Source of the DNA: Candidatus Omnitrophota bacterium
GTDB taxonomy: Bacteria; Omnitrophota; Gorgyraeia; Zapsychrales; Fredricksoniimonadaceae
Assembly (NCBI GenBank): GCA_043798045.1
Contig: JAZDPD010000146.1
Coordinates: forward strand, 1 to 32,373
Direction: 5' to 3'
Length of the DNA: 32,373 bases
Position 1 is the first letter of the stretch, and the number at the start of each line of letters is the position of its first letter. This document shows positions 9,569 to 21,900 of this stretch, one piece after another. The position numbers and the translations under genes are program-made. Below the pieces are notes generated by a model, which worked only from the letters and a program-made list of their open reading frames with translations, was not told the origin of the DNA and did no database searches.

Positions 9569-12500
9569 CTATGATTTACTCGCAAGGCCTAAAAACATTG
9601 ACACCGATGTGGCCATCGGATGGATATCAAGGATAACCGGCGTCAACCCTGAGGCATGTTGAAGTTGCTCAATCATGGCGGGATCAAACTTAAACTGAGC
9701 GCCATCACCTAAACCTTGAATTTTCATATTAATTTTATTGCGCGTCAAATCAATACCGCCCTTATCTGAAGAATCAATTTTCTGAGCAAAGTCATAAGCT
9801 TGGATCACTTTCGCATTACGTAAAACATCATTGACGTGCTCCACCAAAAACAATCGATCAACTGACACATTTCCGAAATTAAACGTTTCAAATTCTTTGA
9901 CCGCATGGATCCATTCGCTTCGTTCCAGCGCTGTCAATGGCGCCAAAACATTAGCTATAGCAAAATGCACCATAGGGGAATTCTGCTCTTGACCCGTTAT
10001 CTTTGTTCTGAAGTCGATCATTATATTAGCTTTATCGTACCCTGCCACACTGACTCTTCCGTTAAATGGATTGATAAACACACCATAAAAGATGCAAGGC
10101 AAATTCAAATGACTCAAGCCCTGAGCAATCAATGACACAGCATTATTTCCAAGCCCTGCAACCATTTTTGAATTCAATACCGTCTGGTGCAGGCCAAAGG
10201 GCCCCTGATCAATATTCAACAACACTTTTCCATTTCTAAATGCCTTGGTTTCACGCAAACGATCCGAAAACCGCTGCAAATTTTTTCTAAGTTCAACATC
10301 ACTCTCTGAAGGAGCAAAGACCAGCGACCTCAAGGAATGATCCAACTCTCTTGTGATAGGCCTTAGGCTCATCTTGGCTAACGACTTTTCATCATAAGCA
10401 AACGACCAACCTTGAAGTGCCAGCTTCTGATAAAACGTATGACGATGAGAATCCAGCACCACACCAGCGTTCTCAGAAATCGAAACCTCCTCACCCAATA
10501 ACTGCCGAACACTTTTATAAGCAAGAGTTCCAACCAGACCTCTAAAAAGAAGCTGACGCCTTTGATCCTTTGGCAATGAATAGTACTCAAGCAACTCCTT
10601 AGGATCAACCTCCACAATGCCCGACACTTCTGAATTAAATTTCCGCTCACCCCCTGCCTTAAACTCTTCCCAGGACATAAAGATATCACCCACACCCTTC
10701 CTCCAGCGCTGCTCCACCTCAGGTGTTAGTCGAGCGTAAAACACATCAAATATTTCTGTTGCCGGCTTATCTGGCCACGGGATCACATAGGTTCCCTGCT
10801 GATCAAAGCCTTCTTTTTCCAAAACAACGCGATTAAAATCTGCCTTGTCCGCAACAACTTCAAAATTAAAACGAAAAACCCCGGAAGGATCCACAACAGG
10901 CTTAAGATCATCAATCTTTAAAGGCAAATGCAATTCCTCCTCAGCCTCTCTCACTGCCGCTTGCGCGCCACTTTGACCGATTTCAACATCGCCCCCGACG
11001 GAAAGATCAACGGTCTTTTCTGCCTTCCTTACCTGCAAAAGCAATTTTCCTGTGGAACTGAACAAAAACACCACACTTGCTTTCTTCCACGTATTTTCTC
11101 TCTTGGGCACATGATAACCAATTACTTTCCCTGTTGGCGTCCCATCGGCAAGATAGGTGGGAAGATACGATGTCCATGCAGGTTTTGTATAATCAAGTTT
11201 AAATGCTTTTGCCTCGGACAACGCACCAATCAGTTCAAAAAACTGATCACTCGACAAATCAAGCTTATTGCCGAAACTAACAAGATCACTGATCAAATGC
11301 TCATTCTTGCTTAACATATATTTAATGGTTTTATTCACCCTGCCCTGATTCGTCTTAACATCTTGAAGAATTTGATTTAATTTGATCGTTAAATGCAATA
11401 CACCGGTTTGAGGATCAACAAAGGTTTTAAAAAGATCACCTTTACTCATCAACTGCTTATACATGGCCGCAACATACATGTTCCGAATAACCCCCTCAGG
11501 CCCGGCAAAGGGCAGTCCCATAAAATCTACATCCGTATCCAGGATCACTTCCGTAATATCTGGATTCAACTTTTTGGCATCAGCAATCTCGTCAGATATT
11601 CTGGCAAGCAACAAAGGATAAGCGTCGCCGGGTAGATTAGAAAATCGTGTAAAAATATCAAAGACGTACACCCTGGCTTGCGATAAGTTCTCATAAAAAT
11701 CACTCTGCCACTGACCATCTCGCCCCTGAATAAAGCCGAGCACGCGCTGACGCCGTTGATCTTGAATTTCCTGTTTAACAGGAAAAGGACTAAACGCCAT
11801 ACCAATGCGGTGATCCACAAAAGTCCGATCTTCAAGCAAGGCCGTATTAACCAACTCAAACTTCTTACGAAAACCATTTATCAGTTCAATCGTGGCGATA
11901 TTTCGCCCATCATCTCTTCCAATCATGTCAATGATCGAAAAAATGAAGAGCATGTTCTTAAGTTCTGCATCCAACTTTGATATCTCTTTCGGGAAGAAAT
12001 CCGAACCAACATTTTGAATAGCGCCGTGCAGATACACCATGCGCTGAAGATATTGAATTTCTTTTTCTGTTAAATCGGTCTTTTGACGTAACAAATCAGG
12101 TATTCTTGTCTCACCCGTCTGGTTATGAATCCAGTCCCGCTGGCCCTTCATCGACCCTAAATCATGAACCATGGGCAATATCGACATCATTTTCAGATTT
12201 ACGTCATTTGTATAAGAAAAGTCTTTCTTAACTCCATCAAGGAATGTCGAATACATCGGCAATGTCATTTTCTCTTTTTCTTCTGGGCTCAAGGCCAAGG
12301 CGTCATACAATGGCTCATAGACACCCTCAAGCAACCTGTAATATGTTTCAACCACATTAACCACATGCCGCCTCTTGCGTGGATGGATTAAAGGAAGCCT
12401 TTCCGATAAAACCTTAAGGTAAGCTGCCTCTTTGGGATGCGCATTAATCATTTTAAGCAATCTTTCCCGACCTTGCTCAATAACCTCTATTTCCTGCAAA

Positions 12501-15500
12501 TAGACGATGGCATCTTTAATCTTATCCATATCTTTGGCAAAACCCCTGTTGTCTGCTGTTGGAAGATACATGTCCAAAAAAGCCGCAAAAATAAGGCGCT
12601 TAAAGTCATCAAGGGCCAGATCATGATGCCTTCTGAAAGCTTCGAAATATTCAAACAACAAACCCATCTCTTTAGCATGAATATACGATTGAATTTCATT
12701 ATCAAAATACGGATCCTTCACGCCAAGGCTCTCAGCGTCTTTAGAGCTGTAGACAAACGGAATCATGTGCAACTTAATGATCTTTCGCAATGATTCAGCC
12801 TGAGGATACGCTTGCATAAAAACTTCATTCTGCACTAAATCAAGCGATTTCTCAGAATGCCCGGGGTAACCAATCTTGCCATCAATTCCAGGCTTACGCG
12901 TTTCAGCTTTGCCCAGATCATGCAACAAAATATGCCACTCATAAAAATCCCTGTTTTCATGAATAAAATTGATATCCTCAGCTCGTAAAATATCTTTGGG
13001 ACGATACCCCGGAATAATATCACCTACATCCTCAACCGCCTCTAGCCCTTTAAGCATGGCTTGCAGATGATGCTTAAGCGTTGGTCTTTCTATATGAAAC
13101 TCATCGCCCTGGGGCTCATTGTACGCTGACTGATACTTTTCAAGACCCTTAGCGCGAATCAACTGATCAATACCCGTCAAATCGGTTACGGGTGGGGTTA
13201 AACTAAGCACATTCAATGAGGCGTTGACCTTATCCCTTCCTTCAACAAGGGGCATTTTTTCACCATAGCGCCCAAATTGAACCACACTAGGATCAAGACC
13301 ATTGTCCAATGCCAGAACAGCCTGCGGTTTCCAACCAAACATCTTTTCAACCTGCTTTGAAATCCATTCACCCGCCGTCCAGTAATCAGCTCCAACACGT
13401 CCGCTCAACCCATCGATTACAACAGATCCTAATTCATTATTTGGCCCAACAGCCAGAACATTGACCGGATATTTTGACGGCAAAAGCACAATCACCAACT
13501 GTTTCGAAACTGAGGAATACCAATACTGCCCCGGCACAAGCACATCTTCACGGCGCCCCACCTTGCTATAACCCACACCTTCCAACAAAGCCACATCCGG
13601 CTCATTCTTCACATCTATTTCAATGGGCATATTCTTAAATGCAGACAAATATTTCTTTTCATCGCCTGCAACATCACCATAAAAAACAAAACCATTTGGG
13701 AACCTAAAAAGATGGCGCAGATCAGCTGATCTGATATAACTTTCCTTCAACAATTGATGAGCAGGCTCACCTTGCCAGAATAGCGGCGTGGCTGACAAAA
13801 CAAAATCAATCAGCTTTGGGTCAAGCTCATGACCAGCGTTCTCGTAAACTTTAAACCGGCCCCCATCCCATTTAATTTCAACACGCATGAGGCTTCGATG
13901 TCCGTCAGCATATTGAACAAGCACACGAAAAGGCCTGTTCAATCCTTGATCTGCGGCCCCGCGCATTTCCCAGAGGTCTCCCTTTGACAAAAGCGTAAAA
14001 TTCCCTGGTTGATCCCCCTGATTACCGGCGGATATCTGCAACAAAGCCCCGGGCACTTTCATCTGATCAAACGTTTTACCCAGATCCCGTAATTTTGCTG
14101 TTTCCGTCGTACCAAAGCCCAGCACACGGTCATAATGATCCTGGCCTTCTTTATCAGTAATGATAATCGGAATCTCAAATTTGGATGTAGAACGGTCATA
14201 CAGCCCCTGGCGTATCATTTGAATTTCTTCCGACTTAACTTTCATTAACTCCCCGGAAGATGTGCCAATCGGAGGGAGTCTTTTCAATTCTTCTTCTGTA
14301 AATGGCCGGGCAATTTTTCTTTCAAGGCCATTAAATTTGAGTTTTGTATCGCGGCCAATATTGACAAAAACCGTCCGCGCCTTTTTTGCCTTCGACTGAG
14401 AATCAACAACAGCGTCGGAGTAAACAATATCCTGAACAACCTTCATGGACTGATCATTTTGACCAGCCCCTTCCCCTTGTTCAAGAATCATCTGATCAAC
14501 AACATTTAACTTCGATTCAATGATCATCGCACGATCTGAAATTCCCTGCGGCAATGGGGCCCTGTCATTCGTTATTTTCAGGACTTTCCTGGTCTGATAC
14601 AACGCCGCCCCACCTGAAAAATACTTCCTTGTTACTGTCTGCTGTGTATTCGGGTCCAAGTCCTCTTTAATGTAATTGTAAGCACCCTTTTTAAAGGCTT
14701 CGACATACTTGGCCCATATCTTGTCTTTAGCAGCTTTATCAGCAATATCAACGCCGGCGACCTTATCCTGATCAACATAGAAATTCCTTAAGGGCGATTC
14801 ATGAATCGCCCCTACAATCTTGTCTTTAAACCATAGCGCCAAAATGAGGGAATGATAAACCTGGCGCAATTGGGTAAAACTTTGGCCCTCGTTCACCTCT
14901 TTTTCGAGGGCGGGGATGATGATTTGGCGAAGGATATTCTTGGATATTTCACCCGAATCATTCATGGAATGTACGGGCGAGGTTTCCTCGCCCAATATTG
15001 GGCGGTGTGACGCCATTTCGGGCACGCCATGGCGTGCCCCTACGGCATCATGATTCATCGCCACATAATCCGTATCCAACATGACCTTTAATTTGGCTTG
15101 GGTCACATAAACCGCATTGCCATGCTCAAACACCTCGGCCTTATCAGGCATGATCCAAACTTTATTGAAGGTGTCGACAGGGATATCCGTTGTACCAAAT
15201 TTGGCTTGCGCTTGTTCATACACCTTAGCCCAGAATTCTTTACCCAAGCCATTCTCCGGATAGAGCAATGACGCTGTAAGCTGCTTTAATAAATAGTCTT
15301 GGGCTAATAGATCGCGACCCATTTCGGTCACGCCAAAGGCATCGGGGACGATGCGGTCTTTTTCATATGGAGAAAGATTTACCCAGAGGTCTTTTTCAGG
15401 AACAGTGATCGAGGCGAGGAAATATTTGATTAGACGCTGGGCGTCTTTCTGGTACGGCATACGGTTGACGACCTGGGCCGCTTTCATATCAAACCCTTGT

Positions 15501-15820
15501 TCGTTTGGCAACGTGCTTGGGGACACAGAGCCCCGTTGATGATCTTGTAGCGGGGCACTATGTCCCCAGGTTGGCAACGGTTTATTGGCACCACCTTTAT
15601 CAAGAATAAAATCCAATCTGAATGGATTATCAGGATAAATCCTGACACCCTTTAAAAGCGGCGGGGTAAATGCAGCGGTTAAACCAATTCGCTCGCCTGG
15701 TGGTAAAAGGCGCAGAAATTCTTGCCCGTAAACATGAGATACTGGCGCAACAGCGCTTGTCAGCAAGAATGCTGACAGGGCAAAACAGGCCGTTATTTTC
15801 TTAATTATCGAAGACTTCAT
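9569..15820 (-). CDS. Paralog 4: signal peptide + carrier domain + phosphodiester-glycosidase(NAGPA)-like + two HD domains + Nudix + 2H phosphoesterase + C-terminal GGID motif
   Basis: 2083 aa. HD1: PQGDEFH...LLHDLGK...GHS...LHM. HD2: VHDLG...IHN...LHG...IDMIG. Nudix box: GDVEIGQSGAQAAVREAEEELHL. 2H-like: LHQTV...VHFAI. NAGPA-like (weaker): VLAVGPNNELGSVVIDG...AVLALDNG. Confidence 0.88.
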   Translation of the reverse strand: MKSSIIKKITACFALSAFLLTSAVAPVSHVYGQEFLRLLPPGERIGLTAAFTPPLLKGVRIYPDNPFRLDFILDKGGANKPLPTWGHSAPLQDHQRGSVSPSTLPNEQGFDMKAAQVVNRMPYQKDAQRLIKYFLASITVPEKDLWVNLSPYEKDRIVPDAFGVTEMGRDLLAQDYLLKQLTASLLYPENGLGKEFWAKVYEQAQAKFGTTDIPVDTFNKVWIMPDKAEVFEHGNAVYVTQAKLKVMLDTDYVAMNHDAVGARHGVPEMASHRPILGEETSPVHSMNDSGEISKNILRQIIIPALEKEVNEGQSFTQLRQVYHSLILALWFKDKIVGAIHESPLRNFYVDQDKVAGVDIADKAAKDKIWAKYVEAFKKGAYNYIKEDLDPNTQQTVTRKYFSGGAALYQTRKVLKITNDRAPLPQGISDRAMIIESKLNVVDQMILEQGEGAGQNDQSMKVVQDIVYSDAVVDSQSKAKKARTVFVNIGRDTKLKFNGLERKIARPFTEEELKRLPPIGTSSGELMKVKSEEIQMIRQGLYDRSTSKFEIPIIITDKEGQDHYDRVLGFGTTETAKLRDLGKTFDQMKVPGALLQISAGNQGDQPGNFTLLSKGDLWEMRGAADQGLNRPFRVLVQYADGHRSLMRVEIKWDGGRFKVYENAGHELDPKLIDFVLSATPLFWQGEPAHQLLKESYIRSADLRHLFRFPNGFVFYGDVAGDEKKYLSAFKNMPIEIDVKNEPDVALLEGVGYSKVGRREDVLVPGQYWYSSVSKQLVIVLLPSKYPVNVLAVGPNNELGSVVIDGLSGRVGADYWTAGEWISKQVEKMFGWKPQAVLALDNGLDPSVVQFGRYGEKMPLVEGRDKVNASLNVLSLTPPVTDLTGIDQLIRAKGLEKYQSAYNEPQGDEFHIERPTLKHHLQAMLKGLEAVEDVGDIIPGYRPKDILRAEDINFIHENRDFYEWHILLHDLGKAETRKPGIDGKIGYPGHSEKSLDLVQNEVFMQAYPQAESLRKIIKLHMIPFVYSSKDAESLGVKDPYFDNEIQSYIHAKEMGLLFEYFEAFRRHHDLALDDFKRLIFAAFLDMYLPTADNRGFAKDMDKIKDAIVYLQEIEVIEQGRERLLKMINAHPKEAAYLKVLSERLPLIHPRKRRHVVNVVETYYRLLEGVYEPLYDALALSPEEKEKMTLPMYSTFLDGVKKDFSYTNDVNLKMMSILPMVHDLGSMKGQRDWIHNQTGETRIPDLLRQKTDLTEKEIQYLQRMVYLHGAIQNVGSDFFPKEISKLDAELKNMLFIFSIIDMIGRDDGRNIATIELINGFRKKFELVNTALLEDRTFVDHRIGMAFSPFPVKQEIQDQRRQRVLGFIQGRDGQWQSDFYENLSQARVYVFDIFTRFSNLPGDAYPLLLARISDEIADAKKLNPDITEVILDTDVDFMGLPFAGPEGVIRNMYVAAMYKQLMSKGDLFKTFVDPQTGVLHLTIKLNQILQDVKTNQGRVNKTIKYMLSKNEHLISDLVSFGNKLDLSSDQFFELIGALSEAKAFKLDYTKPAWTSYLPTYLADGTPTGKVIGYHVPKRENTWKKASVVFLFSSTGKLLLQVRKAEKTVDLSVGGDVEIGQSGAQAAVREAEEELHLPLKIDDLKPVVDPSGVFRFNFEVVADKADFNRVVLEKEGFDQQGTYVIPWPDKPATEIFDVFYARLTPEVEQRWRKGVGDIFMSWEEFKAGGERKFNSEVSGIVEVDPKELLEYYSLPKDQRRQLLFRGLVGTLAYKSVRQLLGEEVSISENAGVVLDSHRHTFYQKLALQGWSFAYDEKSLAKMSLRPITRELDHSLRSLVFAPSESDVELRKNLQRFSDRLRETKAFRNGKVLLNIDQGPFGLHQTVLNSKMVAGLGNNAVSLIAQGLSHLNLPCIFYGVFINPFNGRVSVAGYDKANIMIDFRTKITGQEQNSPMVHFAIANVLAPLTALERSEWIHAVKEFETFNFGNVSVDRLFLVEHVNDVLRNAKVIQAYDFAQKIDSSDKGGIDLTRNKINMKIQGLGDGAQFKFDPAMIEQLQHASGLTPVILDIHPMATSVSMFLGLASKS
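14792..14815 (-). repeat. GTAG-type REP palindrome in frame (encodes VGAIHESP)
   Basis: Minus strand GTAG-GGGCGATTCATGAATCGCCC, a perfect 20 bp palindrome. Confidence 0.8.
14971..15043. repeat. REP doublet (REPIN-like), in frame within paralog 4
   Basis: GTAC-GGGCGAGG-TTT-CCTCGCCC ... GGGCACGCCATGGCGTGCCC-CTAC. Confidence 0.82.
15451..15582. repeat. ~130 bp hairpin-containing in-frame insertion element, copy A
   Basis: Highly similar to 26063-26195. Contains the inverted repeat ggggacacagagccccg / cggggcactatgtcccc, flanked by direct TTGGCAAC repeats. Confidence 0.75.
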
Positions 15821-15875
15821 AATATAAAGATAAACTATTATTACTTAAAGTGCCAAAAATCCACTGTGTGTACCA

Positions 15876-15906
15876 ATAAAAAACCCTACTGAGCAAGCAG
15901 GGCTTT
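15876..15906 (-). terminator. Rho-independent terminator downstream of paralog 5
   Basis: Minus strand AGCCCTGCT-TGCTC-AGTAGGGTT followed by TTTTATT, about 20 bp after the stop at 15926. Confidence 0.7.
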
Positions 15907-15925
15907 GAAACATCGATCGAAAAAC

Positions 15926-18900
15926 TTACTGAACGCCCCCGGAACCGGATGCAGTTTGAAATAATGGCATAATATCATTAATGGGTGAAATGCCCATCAA
16001 TACTGGCACAAATCCATTAAAACCCTGATCCAACAAATATTGCGACATCTTAATGTCCGCCTTCTCACCTATCAAGCCAGTAGATTTCAGATTAATGTTA
16101 CTGATATCAATACCGCCAAGATCAGAAGACATGGCATCATCCGATATAACCCGTCCATTTCCATTAATCGAAAGCGACATTTTTAAAGACTTTAAAACCC
16201 GGCGATCTTTCACATCCACATCCGCCAACACCAATGAATCAATCAAAAAGATTTGTGGTCGTTGAAACGCAATATCCTCTCGAATTTCATGGAAACGCTG
16301 TCTTAAACGAACTAAATCATCTTGACTAATAGAGCGATCTTTCAAAACACCTATCGTCGAATGATATATCTCCGGGACACCCGCGTTAAAACTCTCAAAA
16401 CCTGGTTGGACTTCTTTAAATGCCTCCTCCCTTATCTTGTCCTCCTCTTGAAATGAAAGTGATCTCGTACTTTGTTTTATCCTTTCATTCGCAATTGGAT
16501 TTGAAATCATCTCAATAGATCGCCTCTCCAAACTTCTAATATCTTTCTTAATAACTCGCCTTAACGCATCAATTTTAGGAGACATTATCTCATATTCAAG
16601 GACAATAAAACCATCCTTCATCAAACGAGGTCCTATCAATTTAACAACAAAAGGGTCCATGCTAACAGCATTCTCAGACACCAGGCGCTTCACTTCATCA
16701 AAATCAGAACGTAAAGCCCCTTTACTTCTTTCATAAAAAGCAAGCTGTATAAACGCGTCAGAAGCGTGAATGAATATATTCTCCGTCAACCCGCTCTGAT
16801 TGCCAGAAGAAAGCTCCTTTTTCGCAATGCTTATCGTCTGCTCAACTACAGCGTTAATCCCTTCACTTGCTTGCGTTGGAAAAAATACAGCCAACTCTTC
16901 TCCTTTAAGCTGCCTATTGTGTTCAATCCCCTTTTGAAAAACACTAAAAAAAGCCCCTCCTTCATTATTCACCACCTTATCCAAGGCCTGCTCAGACTCT
17001 CTAAAGACGTTAAAAGCCCGCTCCTTATCCTTCGTAAACTGCAAACTATTAAACACCTCCATCTGATCCAACAAGACCTTCGTATCAGCCACGCGCTGCC
17101 TGATTCTGGTGATTTCAGACAAATACCAATCCTGTAATCGCTTCAAACGTGTCTTCTTTCTTTGTTCATTAATCATGCCCATGACCTGATACATAGCCAC
17201 CAGATACCTGTGATACGGCACTGACAACAAATGAGCCAGCTCCCGGGAATCCTCATACTCTTCAGCAAATTTACCCCAAACACGCCACATATAATTATCA
17301 GCCTCCCGAACGCGATCCCTCCAATGCACCGACTTTTTAATAACATCATTTCCACCAGTTTTAAAGATCTCTATCAACTCCTCGATCCCATACAAGAACA
17401 CTTCGTCGGGTGATTTGAAAAACGGCATCTGTTCTGCCGCTTTTAACATGGCTTTAGCTAACGGGCGCTGCGCTCGGATAGCATAGTGATGGCCATCTTC
17501 ACGCAACGTTCTCTCTACCTTATCGAGCTGCATGGCCATCAAAAGCTGGGGATATTCTTTGATCCGATGCAAATATTCTTTATCTTTTTTCATCTGCTCC
17601 TGAATAACCTTAACAATCTTATTAAACTCATCTTGCATATGACTATCGATTACTTCTGGATCAATATTATTCATAAGCCAAATAGAATGCCTCTCTGTAC
17701 GATTCTGTTCGGCCGACACCTCCTGTTCCACCAACCTTGAGCGCACATAAGAGCTGACAAAATAATATAAATCAGGATGTTTTGACTTTAGCACTTCCAT
17801 GGTGGTATCTAATGAAACCTTTCTTAAGCGAAACGCCATCCTCACCGAGGATGCAATCAAAGCCACTTCATTCTCCCGGTCCTTTGTACTCTTAAGAACC
17901 TTTAGATTATTATAAAGGATTTGATAGTATTCATCTGTCTCGTCAATAAGTTCAATGTTCTCCTGGCCTCTTTTATAAATATTTGACCATGAAGCTATTC
18001 GTTGATGCAGCAATGGATCAACATTCTTAATAAAATCAGCAAACACTTGCACACTTGAAGCGTCCTGCAGCGTTCTTAAATCAGGATTCCTGCGTAAACG
18101 CTCCAAAACAATCTCAACTTCCATATCCCTTTCTTTGGAAAGATTGACCAAATACTTATCATCAAGTGAACCAACGGCCGCATTCTGATACTTCGGATAA
18201 AACAGATAATCCATATAAGCCGACTGCCGTATTATAAATAATTCATAATCTACCGCCCCCAGCCAATAAGCAACATGCATCCATTTAAATCCTTCGACCA
18301 ACTCGTCCATGACCTGTTCAATATTTTCTGCATCAATAGTTTTTAAGTCTTGGAAATATTTTACAAATCGATCCAACCCCACCATTCGATCATTATACAA
18401 ATCCCACATATCCTGAATGCTTAAGTCCTTTAACCCCGCCAAGAAATAATAAATTGTCGTCGTGTCATCATCGACGATTTGATTGAACAAACCTTCATCC
18501 CTAATAACCCGTTTTTGTGTTTTAAGCTCAAACGGACGGCGGTCTTTATATTTTTCATTTAAATACTTCGTCAGTCTGTCCCATGTAACATAATAATAGT
18601 CAATCTGAAAAGTAGTATAATGCGCTGATCTACGACGTAGATTACCATCAAAATATTGTTTAAAGACAGCCGGCCATTCTTGCATCGAACTTACAAAGGG
18701 CCGCTTTAATTCATGAGCTTTTTGCTGCGCCCTGAGCGCCTCAACATCCTCACGATTCACCCAAACATTTTTCTCAATCTCAATCGTCTTGGTCCTAACT
18801 TCACCAATATATATTTTTTGATGATAGGCATCAAACGTCACAACCTCCCCGTTATGCGAATTTAAAAGCTGGATGGCATCAGAAGCCCCAACAACACACG

Positions 18901-21900
18901 GGATCCTGTTTTCCCGGGAATTATTTGTCGCATGGGCTACCTCCATCCCCTGCTGCGTAATAACACCTCCAAAATGATGAAAAACCTCATTCCACTGATT
19001 ATTTGTGTTACCAGTAACTATGATCTTTTTGAATGATTCTTCTGATGAAGGAATCTTATCCGTCACTAAAAGCGGTGCAACTACAACCCCCACCTGAGCC
19101 GTAACGCCATCAAGGGACACCTTGATAACATTCACGGGAAGGGCATCTTCATCCACCACTTCAACAGAAACCTTTTCCTTACTATCAGAATCCACATTCA
19201 ACGGCCTGGTCTGAACAATATAAATATCACCATTTTTATCTTGCGCATACTCAAGATCGATTTGATCTGCCCAGCCTTTCTTTTTATATACTCGATGTAT
19301 TTGTTCCACTTGCTGAGCAAGCCTTAAAACATCCGTCTCTATTAAAGATGGCAAGGCGTTTTTCTTGGCCAGATCATCGTAAACATCATCATGGATGGCC
19401 GAAACATCATCTAAATTGATCTTCCTTGTTTGCAACCCGGCATCAGCCACAACAAAAACATTCTTCGGGCCAATACTTTTCTCAAGGATATCAAATTCAT
19501 CTCTTGGCGACAAACCAACAATCCATTTATCTTGTCTTTTACCCTCACCCTGAACAACCGACTCTCCCAACCCCCAGTTTCCCACTATTTTGTATACTGT
19601 CCGGAAACTGGAGACATCATACGTGTTTATCACACCTGCGGCCTTAGCATCTATAAATTGTTGCAAGACTACCGGCATCCTGACATCATCTGCTTTATTA
19701 CGCCTTTTAATCAAAGCAGCCATAAATCCGTCAGAATACAAACTGGCCCAAACATCTTTAATATGTGTGTAAACATCTTCAATTTTAGTTACATTAACAA
19801 AACTTTCACCTAACCCAGAAGCTGAAAACCCTTCAATATCCTCAGCATTCGCCGAACTGCGCACAGCAATATTACCGCCTAATTTATAAAACACCATACG
19901 CACTTGCGCCTTCATTACATCAGGAAGTTCTATATATCTAATCTTATCGCGAATTAACTTAAGAATACCCCTGATTTCGTTCTGATCTTTTACATTTGCT
20001 TTAACGAACTGATCTTTCTTGTATTTTAATGCGGCCTTCTCTTCTGGCTTTTTACCTCCCAGCTTTAAGATAGCACTCTCGACTTTCTCAAGATTTTCCG
20101 TCCTTTCCCAAACATTTTTAACAAACGGATTCAGTTGATGAATCAATGCCGAAATCTCTTTATTTCTCAAAACCAAATCTTCAAACGCCTCTCGGGATAC
20201 TGCTGACGTTTTCGGGATCTTTAAACCTTCAATCTTTCTCGCAAGCAATTGCAATCTTTTCAAATTGGCCCCTTTCGCACCAACGATCGTCGTATCCCCC
20301 AACAAACGACTATTAACAGGAACGACATATTGTCCGGCCATAGCCATATCACGCCACAAATCACTATCCTGTAAATACGGCAGCATCAAATCCAAAGCAA
20401 ACGCTGAAGGACTCTCTTCAAAAGACGCCAACATGTTCTCAATCGATGAAAAAATCATGCTGTCAGAATCCCACGCAACCAAATCTTTCTCTAATTCTCC
20501 TAATTGTTCAGCCGCATACCCACCTTTATTCATGCGGCTTAAAGCCTGATATCTCTTCTTTGTGTTCTCATCTGATTGCTTAAGCAATGCCGCTTTCTCA
20601 TCATGATTAAAACGGTAAATCGCCAAACGCGCTGTCATTCTTTCATTCACAGGATACATATACGGAACCTTGGATAAATCCTGAACAAGCGCCGCAACAG
20701 CCTTAACTTTATCCAACAAAACATTCGGCTTAAGTGAATACACAATGGCGGAACGCCTCAACGGATCATATTCAACCGACACCCCATTAACAGGATCATG
20801 ATGTTCAGCCGAGATTTTCTCGACAGCTGATTTTAAATCTTCATTTTCCTGATCCGTCAATGCATACAGATCCAAAGCCACCAGATTATCCGTATATTCC
20901 TGATCTTTTATCGTTAACCGAGACATATCCACATCCAGGCCCAATTCATCCTTGATCGCCCTGGCAACAGATGCCGGCCCTTCACTTTTTGAAACATTAA
21001 CAGCAATGGCCTGCTTATCCGCAAACAAGCGTTTATACGGCCCCCGCTGCTGCAGCAACACTTCCCTGCCTTCTTCATCAATCAACATCACCTGCGTCGG
21101 GCGACGCTCGCCGCCTTCAATAAAAAGAAACTTGCTCGCTTTAACCGCCTTCACCATCACTTTGGCAAGATAATAAAGGCTCAACACCGGGCTATCTTGC
21201 GTCACGCCATAATCAGCCATATACGTCGTTAGATCTTTCAGCACTTGATTCACATTATCTTGCTGACTTTGATAATCCCCTCGGGCAAAAGAACTTCTAA
21301 TACTGACGAGCTTCTCAACAGCACTATTAATATGCGGATTCTCAAGCTCCACCCGTTGTGATGCATCATTTTGATCAAGTGGCAATTGCTCAATCTTTGA
21401 ATAACTGCGGCTTTTTCCTATACCCTGAATTACAGCAATCTGTCGAACCTTGATATCTATCGGAACCATATTTGCGCGGTAGCGCTCTAAATATTCAAAC
21501 AAAGCCTTCATGTGTTCCTGTGAAACCCCGGTATCTGTCACCAAAGAAACGGTGCTATGAAAAATATCGGGCACACGTATTTCGACGCTTTCCGAAGAAA
21601 TCCCCATCGCCTTACGCTGGTCTTGCCGTTGCTGTGCTCTTTTGCGTAAATAAAGGAATTTTGGATCAGTGATTTCAAATTCCATGATAACAGCACCATC
21701 CGGCATTAAACGAGGCCCCAGCAGGCGAATATCAAACGCACCAAAACTTTGGCCAATATCTTTTGAAACCTCATCAACAACTTCCTGGAAAGATGGAAAT
21801 GGTGTTGGCCCGACCTGAAATCCTTCAGGCGCAATTGTTAAATGGATCTTATCCAGCGCCACATTCATGATGGAACTATTTTGACCCAGAACCCCCCTGA

